From a virus (taxonomy: Duplodnaviria > Caudoviricetes): DNA of 64,000 nucleotides. The notes under the pieces were generated by a model. That model did not search any database and was not told the DNA's origin. It saw only the letters and a list, made by a program, of their open reading frames with translations. The position numbers were made by a program, and so were the translations under genes. The DNA lies in the IMG/VR virus record IMGVR_UViG_3300050336_000035, positions 103,494 to 167,493 of that record; one strand, given 5' to 3'. Of this stretch, positions 58,018-64,000 are shown piece by piece (the stretch's first letter is position 1; the number at the start of each line of letters is the position of its first letter).

Positions 58018-59097
58018 TTATGCAAGTGTAATACAAGCAGCAACACTATTTGTTGCAACACCAGTACCCCATGATTTCTTCATGGTAGTATTCTGTGTAA
58101 GATTTGCATTATCATATATACCACCAGTTATACTCATAGTTGCACCTTCCAAACAAAGCTTAATAAGTTTCTGTGAAGAAGGGGATACTACATAAATCTT
58201 AGTATCGTCAAGTGCAAGTTTAAATGGAGTTTTGTAATTAGCAACCTGTGGTAAAGCCATTACATCATAATTAAATGCAGTCTTAATATAACCAATTTTT
58301 ACATAATCACTATCAAGTTCATATCTATAGTTAGCATCGTTAGGCAATACATTCTGAAGTGCCAACTGTGTACCAAGAATAACTGCTTTATTTCCACCAT
58401 TCCAAGCAGTAACTTTCTGTGCAAGTTCAACTAATGTTGACTGTGAATATCCAGCTACTCTTAAAGCATCATCTCCAGCATTATCTAATGCACCCATTGC
58501 AGTATTAAATGCACTAAATGCATCAATTGACATCTGCGCTTCAAGTGACCTAGCAGCTTTCATAGCAAATTCAGCAAGATTTTCTAAACCTGCTAAAACC
58601 TTATAAAGTGCAATTTGTACAGTAATATCATGGAATTCAGTAGTTACTGTTACCTGACCATCAAATTGCTTATGTATTTCAGAATTTCTCTTACCTTTAC
58701 CAGCTTTTGAAACAACAAATAAATCCCTTGGCTTTACATCAAAAGCGAATGAATCATTATATCCACCAGTTCTTACTTCTGTGTATAAACCAACTGAATC
58801 TATTATTGCTTCAGGTAATATAGCATCTACCATTGCACCTATTACTGCAAAAGTAGCCCAAGCATAATTAGGGTTAGTAGCAAGAACTTCAGGAGCTATA
58901 CCATCAACCGTAGGAAGATTTGAAAGTCTAGCAATTTCCTCTCTAACAGCAGTATTTATTTTATTTTCTTTTTCTGAAAGTGATATAGATTCATCAAATG
59001 AACCCTTCTTGTGATAATGATTAAAGTAATCCTTGAACTGCTCATATATTTTAACTTTTTCGCCAGCGAAAGCGATTACGTTTACAGGTAATCTCAT
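58018..59097 (-). CDS. Major capsid protein
   Basis: 359 aa; position after protease and decoration genes; strong RBS and terminator. Confidence 0.8.
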   Translation of the reverse strand: MRLPVNVIAFAGEKVKIYEQFKDYFNHYHKKGSFDESISLSEKENKINTAVREEIARLSNLPTVDGIAPEVLATNPNYAWATFAVIGAMVDAILPEAIIDSVGLYTEVRTGGYNDSFAFDVKPRDLFVVSKAGKGKRNSEIHKQFDGQVTVTTEFHDITVQIALYKVLAGLENLAEFAMKAARSLEAQMSIDAFSAFNTAMGALDNAGDDALRVAGYSQSTLVELAQKVTAWNGGNKAVILGTQLALQNVLPNDANYRYELDSDYVKIGYIKTAFNYDVMALPQVANYKTPFKLALDDTKIYVVSPSSQKLIKLCLEGATMSITGGIYDNANLTQNTTMKKSWGTGVATNSVAACITLA

Positions 59098-59134
59098 AAA
59101 TTAATTCCTCCTTAAATTATATTAATATTGTTCA

Positions 59135-59683
59135 TTAAGAATTTGCTGCACTTGCCCAAGCCAAAGCATATGCTCCATTAGCGGCAACTGCATAAGTGTT
59201 TGAACCTTTAGTTCCAGAAACACCATCAGTAGTAATTGTAAGAATATCTCCTACTTGTGGTTTAAATGCACTAAATACGTCTCCAGAAAGATTTGTGAAT
59301 TCTCTTGGGTCAGGAGTTAATCCTTTATATTTCTTTCCACTAGCAGTCACTATAGTTACTGTTTCAGGTGAATATGCCATCCATAAACCCGAACTATTAT
59401 CTACTACTTCAAATTGATAAGCAACTGTTCTCTGAGTTCCAATTGAACCATCAGCTATAGAAACATAACTTGTTCCTAAAAGTTTTAAAGAAATTTTCAA
59501 TCCACTAGCTGTTGCTGGCTGAGTAGCAGCCCAAACTTCACCTTCACCATCAGTAGATGATTTAGTTGCCAAATAAAATACGTTTCCGTTATCTATATCA
59601 GCAGAACCTATAGCACTTCTATTAAGTGCATCAATATTCATTGCCTGTACAGCATCCTGTACTAAAATTGCATGATTTGCCAT
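59135..59683 (-). CDS. Capsid decoration-like protein
   Basis: IDNGNV motif; directly upstream of the major capsid gene. Confidence 0.7.
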   Translation of the reverse strand: MANHAILVQDAVQAMNIDALNRSAIGSADIDNGNVFYLATKSSTDGEGEVWAATQPATASGLKISLKLLGTSYVSIADGSIGTQRTVAYQFEVVDNSSGLWMAYSPETVTIVTASGKKYKGLTPDPREFTNLSGDVFSAFKPQVGDILTITTDGVSGTKGSNTYAVAANGAYALAWASAANS

Positions 59684-59723
59684 AAACTTATTCCTCCTTA
59701 AATAATAAATATTATATTGTCAA

Positions 59724-60074
59724 TTAAAATACTATATAATTAACTACATCTCCAGCAGTAACTACATATGTTGAACCATTTGTAGCAACAGTTAAATTTG
59801 CAGAAGACTTTGTTGTAGTTGCACCACTTACTAATACATTACTTCTATATATCTGAACAATAAATCCAGAAATAGTCTTTCCTAAACCAGTAGCAATTGT
59901 TTTTGTACCTGCGGTAGCATCACCAGCAACCATTGTATAAGTTCCTGATTTAATTGCTCCTTGAAGAGTAGCTATATCAGTTTGAGCTGTCTGAAAAGCT
60001 GTACCTAAAGTTACATCTTGTGCAGCTCTATTCATTTTATTAATTTTTGAAGCTTGTGCATCACTAATAGCCAT
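59724..60074 (-). CDS. Small virion structural protein (head fibre-like)
   Basis: Ala/Thr-rich; ends VVTAGDVVNYIVF. Confidence 0.65.
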   Translation of the reverse strand: MAISDAQASKINKMNRAAQDVTLGTAFQTAQTDIATLQGAIKSGTYTMVAGDATAGTKTIATGLGKTISGFIVQIYRSNVLVSGATTTKSSANLTVATNGSTYVVTAGDVVNYIVF

Positions 60075-60105
60075 TTAATTACCTCCTATTCAATTATATT
60101 AATAA

Positions 60106-61956
60106 TTAATCCCAAAGTCCTTTACCTTTTACTGATTTTTCACTATATGGTAAACCTATCTTTGTAAAGGATTGTTTTTCAGTAATACCTTTAGAAAATT
60201 TGAAAGCCTTTGCCTGAACTTCATTTTTCCATGCATCAATATTTTCCAAACTAAATTTTTCAGCAGACATTCTACAAACATCTATTTCTTCTTGTGGAAG
60301 AACACTCATAACTTCTTTTAAAGTCATTTCAACCTCAAAATCTTTATTTTGTTTTTCAATGTTAGCTTTAAATTCCTTTAACTTAGTATTTTCATCCATG
60401 TAAACCGCCATATCTGCTTTCATTTTTGACATTTCTTCTTTAATAGCGGATAATTCTTCTGTCATTCCAGCAATAATTTTATCTTTTTCATCAGAAACCT
60501 CTAACTGTTCACTTGATAAATCTTTATTCTCTTCGGCAGCTTTATCATTTAATTCTTGCATTGCAGTATTATCTACATTAGCATTAGAAGACATTTCTTC
60601 TTTATTTTCATTTTCTGGTATATTATCTTCCGCCATATTTTCAGTAGACATTTCGTCGGATTTTATATCAGTAGACATGTTTTCTTTATTTTCATCCTCA
60701 GACATTGTGGTATCTTTATTATCTATCACGTTATCACCTTCCTCATTTATTTTTTTTTTTGAAAAATTCTCAATTTTATTTAAAGTTTCAAGTTTATGTC
60801 CTACTAAAGTGTCAGTAGATTTCCACTCACCATCAACTTGTTTATAAATTCTAATTTGAGCAGCAGGGGAATCTTCTGTTCCTGTGACTTTTACATCAAT
60901 ATCTGGAACTTCACCATTATCAATTATTTTAGTTATTTTTCCATATGCTGTTCCACCAGAAGAATTCCATTTAACAGAATCACCAACTTTAAAATTAGAT
61001 AGAAGTTTAGAAAAATAAGACATTTTTTCTTCATCTCTCTTATTCATAGCTTCTACTAATTTATTTGACCAAGTACGTCCTGCATTACCACCCCATAAGC
61101 AGTAGGCTATATATCCCCGACTTGGTGGATTTCCATCTTTTCCATCTTCATTAAGATTATCACCCATATGTCTAGGAAAATAAGCAGAAACTTTTCTAAC
61201 AAACTCAGGTGTAGCATTTCCGCCTTTTGATAATTTGCGAGCAGTAGCTAATCCAACAGACGTTCCTCCGTATCCAAATTCTTTTCGTAATTCTAAACCA
61301 CGATTTGCTGTCTTACTCACGCCTGATGGAATAGTAAAATCAAGGTCATCATATTTAGAAGAGAATTTAGAAAACTCTTGTTTAAGCAAATCTATTTCAA
61401 CTGAATTATCAGGTAATGAAAATTTTTCAATTGTTGAACCATCGAAAGCAGGGGATATACCTTGTAACAGACAAAATCCTAAAAATACGGCTTCTTTAAC
61501 AATTTTATTTCCAAAAGAATCTTCTTCGTTGTCTATAGCGACTTCCATTGATTGATATACTGGCTTGTCTAAAACTTCTTCAATTTCTGGATTTCTACCA
61601 GTCCATAGATAAGTATCTGCACAATACCATTCTTCTCCATTAATTTCCATCCAATATGGTTCTTTATATGGGTCTGAAAACCCATATGCAACAGGCTTTC
61701 CGCTACGTTTATAGCCATATTTTGTTTTTACAATATCATCTTCATGTCCACCAATTTGATTATCTCTTTCAAAAAAATAAGCATAAACTCCTGCACCTCG
61801 AATAGTGCTTGACATACCTTCAATTACTTCTTTAGAGAATACATATTTATTTGCAGGTTTATTAGGAACACAAATATTTATTCTATATTTAGTTATTAGA
61901 GGATTTACCATTTCTAAAGACTCAAACTTTGCACTAAAATTTATAATTTCCTTCAA
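60106..61956 (-). CDS. Prohead protease/scaffold with inserted domains
   Basis: Protease-like YQSMEV and GFCLLQGISPAF; internal RGLELR...LWGG domain and Tudor-like FKVGDSVKWNS domain; acidic coiled-coil C-terminus. Confidence 0.75.
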   Translation of the reverse strand: MKEIINFSAKFESLEMVNPLITKYRINICVPNKPANKYVFSKEVIEGMSSTIRGAGVYAYFFERDNQIGGHEDDIVKTKYGYKRSGKPVAYGFSDPYKEPYWMEINGEEWYCADTYLWTGRNPEIEEVLDKPVYQSMEVAIDNEEDSFGNKIVKEAVFLGFCLLQGISPAFDGSTIEKFSLPDNSVEIDLLKQEFSKFSSKYDDLDFTIPSGVSKTANRGLELRKEFGYGGTSVGLATARKLSKGGNATPEFVRKVSAYFPRHMGDNLNEDGKDGNPPSRGYIAYCLWGGNAGRTWSNKLVEAMNKRDEEKMSYFSKLLSNFKVGDSVKWNSSGGTAYGKITKIIDNGEVPDIDVKVTGTEDSPAAQIRIYKQVDGEWKSTDTLVGHKLETLNKIENFSKKKINEEGDNVIDNKDTTMSEDENKENMSTDIKSDEMSTENMAEDNIPENENKEEMSSNANVDNTAMQELNDKAAEENKDLSSEQLEVSDEKDKIIAGMTEELSAIKEEMSKMKADMAVYMDENTKLKEFKANIEKQNKDFEVEMTLKEVMSVLPQEEIDVCRMSAEKFSLENIDAWKNEVQAKAFKFSKGITEKQSFTKIGLPYSEKSVKGKGLWD

Positions 61957-61989
61957 TGGATTACCTCCTTTCTTTAAGATTTTAAATTA

Positions 61990-62181
61990 CTATATGTTTA
62001 TCCACATTGATGATTTAGTATCATTTAATAAATTACTATTAGAAAATTTAACTGTTATATCATAATTCTCTTCAAAAAAATAAACACCGTTTTTTTCAAA
62101 AAGATGTTTATATCCAGCTTGTTTAAGTTGTTCTGCTTTTTCTTCAGAAAATGCTTTAATATATTTTCTATTTAATTTCAT
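61990..62181 (-). CDS. Small hypothetical protein
   Basis: Coupled to the upstream gene. Confidence 0.6.
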   Translation of the reverse strand: MKLNRKYIKAFSEEKAEQLKQAGYKHLFEKNGVYFFEENYDITVKFSNSNLLNDTKSSMWINI

Positions 62182-62720
62182 TAATCATCATCCTCATTTT
62201 TAGATTCAATACCTAAAAATCTATTAATTCTTGAATCCATACTCATATGTCTAATAGGTTCATCACCATTCTTTTGAACATAATCTACAAAATTCTGTGC
62301 TAATTTAGTATAAGGTCTGACTTCTTCATATAAAAATTTTTCTAGGAAATGTTTAGTCATTAAATCATTTTCGTCTTCCGCAATATCTACACATTCAATT
62401 ACTGTGCCTTCAATATCAATCATATAATCTAATATTTTATTAAACATATCTGATAAATTATTATATTCAGTATAATCTCTAGTTGTCTCAGGATATGAAA
62501 CTGCATAATTTCTATCATCACAGTATTCTGAAATTTTATCACCAATTAAAGGCATAACATGAGCAAATTGTTTATGAACTATTTCTGAAGTATTAGGCAT
62601 TACAAATTTTACTGAAAGCTGACTTGACATCCTATCGAGTATTCTATTTGCTTGGAAGAACATCCCCATTAAATTTTCAAGAGCTATTGCTGTTTTTTCT
62701 GATATTAACATTCCTGCCAT
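62181..62720 (-). CDS. Ferritin-like four-helix protein
   Basis: Helical; VHKQFAH and AEDENDLMTKHFLEKFL. Confidence 0.55.
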   Translation of the reverse strand: MAGMLISEKTAIALENLMGMFFQANRILDRMSSQLSVKFVMPNTSEIVHKQFAHVMPLIGDKISEYCDDRNYAVSYPETTRDYTEYNNLSDMFNKILDYMIDIEGTVIECVDIAEDENDLMTKHFLEKFLYEEVRPYTKLAQNFVDYVQKNGDEPIRHMSMDSRINRFLGIESKNEDDD

Positions 62721-62738
62721 ATCTTATATTTCACCACC

Positions 62739-63224
62739 TTAATCCCAAATTGATTTATTTATATTATTGATTTTACAAAATACAGAATAACTAAATGATT
62801 TTTCTTTAATTACAGACCCAAACCAATCAGGAATAGAAAAAGAATTCATAGACTCAACTGTAGGAAACTCAACCTCAACAATAATTTCTCCAGTTTCAAA
62901 TTTATCTATTTCTGCAACTAAATTATCACCAATATTAACAATAGTTCTTTCTTTAACTATTGGCTTTTTATCAATAGCATCAAATATTCTATTATATCTT
63001 TCTTTAGATATTTTTTGTTCTACTTCTTCACGCTCATTTGTTTTATCTAAGGAATATTTTACACAATGAGAAAATTCTTCTGAATTATCACGAGTAATTT
63101 TCCTTATACGTACACTTGGATTAGAATTATTTGTAGCATAAGTTTGTTCAATAATAAATTTATCGACAATTTTATCAGAAGGTGGTTCAGATTTTAACTT
63201 CCAACGCTTTTCACGTTCAATCAT
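62739..63224 (-). CDS. CYTH domain protein
   Basis: EREKRW, IEQTY, VRIRK, REEVE, EIDKF, VEVEF, PDWFG. Confidence 0.85.
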   Translation of the reverse strand: MIEREKRWKLKSEPPSDKIVDKFIIEQTYATNNSNPSVRIRKITRDNSEEFSHCVKYSLDKTNEREEVEQKISKERYNRIFDAIDKKPIVKERTIVNIGDNLVAEIDKFETGEIIVEVEFPTVESMNSFSIPDWFGSVIKEKSFSYSVFCKINNINKSIWD

Positions 63225-64000
63225 ATCTTGCCACCCCTTCCAATATTACTTCCAGATTCTCTTGTTGCAGAAGCAGAATCAGTTAATTCATTATCTTTTT
63301 TCTTTTCTCTACCATTTTTCTTAGTAGAATCACCTGTATTCATAGTATTTAAATTTAGCATTTTAATTAGTTTATCTGTAAAACCAGTAGCTTTAGCTTC
63401 ATCAAGCATTCTTTCTAAATCTTGTGGAAGCATTCCTAAAGCACTTGCAAATTTTTGAGGTAAAACAATACCTTTATCTGCTAAAGTTGTAGCATTTTCA
63501 AGTCTTTTATCTTTATTAATATCAAATTCGCTACCCTCGAATTTGAACTTAAATTTAAATCGACTTGTTCTTTTATTAATATGATAACTTAGAAAGTCTT
63601 CAAAATATGGATAAATATAATTCATGAGGTATTCGTCAACATTAATGGATAATTGAGATTCAATATTTGATTGTTTATCTATTGAAAATATTAATCTGCT
63701 ATTTACACCACTTAAAGCAGCAGTAGTTTTTGTATACTCTTGAAGAATTTGTTTATCAGTACCATCAAAATCTAATGACTTTACATCTTCAAATGGTACA
63801 CCAGATACTTTTATTGCTTCATTTAATCCTTGTTTCAATAAGCCTAAAAATTTTCCCATAACTTCAGGACTAACAGCTATAGAATCTTTAACTGATGCTC
63901 CTTTAGTTTCTTTAAGTAGTGGTATTAAACCAATCATAACCTTTTGTGCTTGAAGCATATAAATATTTGTCTGAAGTTTTCTAATTAAAGGTTTTAAAAC
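63221..64000 (-). CDS. Portal protein, C-terminal part (partial)
   Basis: Frame open to the window edge; position upstream of the protease; portal-like C-terminus. Confidence 0.75.
   Translation of the reverse strand, partial: VLKPLIRKLQTNIYMLQAQKVMIGLIPLLKETKGASVKDSIAVSPEVMGKFLGLLKQGLNEAIKVSGVPFEDVKSLDFDGTDKQILQEYTKTTAALSGVNSRLIFSIDKQSNIESQLSINVDEYLMNYIYPYFEDFLSYHINKRTSRFKFKFKFEGSEFDINKDKRLENATTLADKGIVLPQKFASALGMLPQDLERMLDEAKATGFTDKLIKMLNLNTMNTGDSTKKNGREKKKDNELTDSASATRESGSNIGRGGKI

Larger units (their letters stand above)
1..64000. mobile_element. Part of a large temperate siphophage / phage-plasmid (SPbeta-like layout, Firmicutes host)
   Basis: Portal, protease, capsid, tail, tape measure and endolysin module on -; nucleotide metabolism genes on +; Rep_3, iterons, ParA and Xer-like recombinase in the middle; Firmicutes-type RBS (AGGAGG/GAAAGG) and sigmaA promoters; no host housekeeping genes. 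Confidence 0.93.

Noticed and set aside
1824-63458. Antisense or overlapping ORFs in the track (e.g. 1824-2066, 2333-2527, 4919-5224, 8069-8461, 12027-12527, 13002-13424, 17483-17863, 28332-28526, 44312-45880, 61235-61555, 63228-63458)
   Set aside because: They are shadows of better-supported genes on the opposite strand, without RBS or recognisable motifs

Overview
AT-rich 64-kb segment of a large temperate siphophage of a Firmicutes host (probably Clostridia), with SPbeta-like gene organisation. It is also a phage-plasmid: Rep_3 initiator with iterons, ParA plus adaptor and an Xer-like recombinase lie at 23.1-27.0 kb. The + strand arm (1-23 kb) holds accessory and nucleotide-metabolism genes: class III RNR with fused glutaredoxin, NrdG, an FTR-like subunit, dUTPase, ThyX-like protein, guanylate kinase and two DNA methyltransferases. 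The - strand arm (27-64 kb) holds lysis, tail and head genes interrupted by morons. Two observations stand out. (1) The accessory genes at 0.1-10.4 kb and 17.5-20.1 kb are separated almost one by one by about 27 copies of a palindromic TRAAA-N6-TTYYA site with a different 6-bp spacer each time, resembling an integron-like cassette array bounded by tyrosine-recombinase-type core sites. (2) One cassette (2511-5079) encodes an intact TnpB/Cas12f-like nuclease and carries two outward-facing copies of a covarying ~80-nt structured RNA, one at each end, each reading through a boundary site into the flank. This suggests a dual-guide nuclease aimed at both possible empty-site alleles. All product calls come from motifs read by eye; no database search was run.
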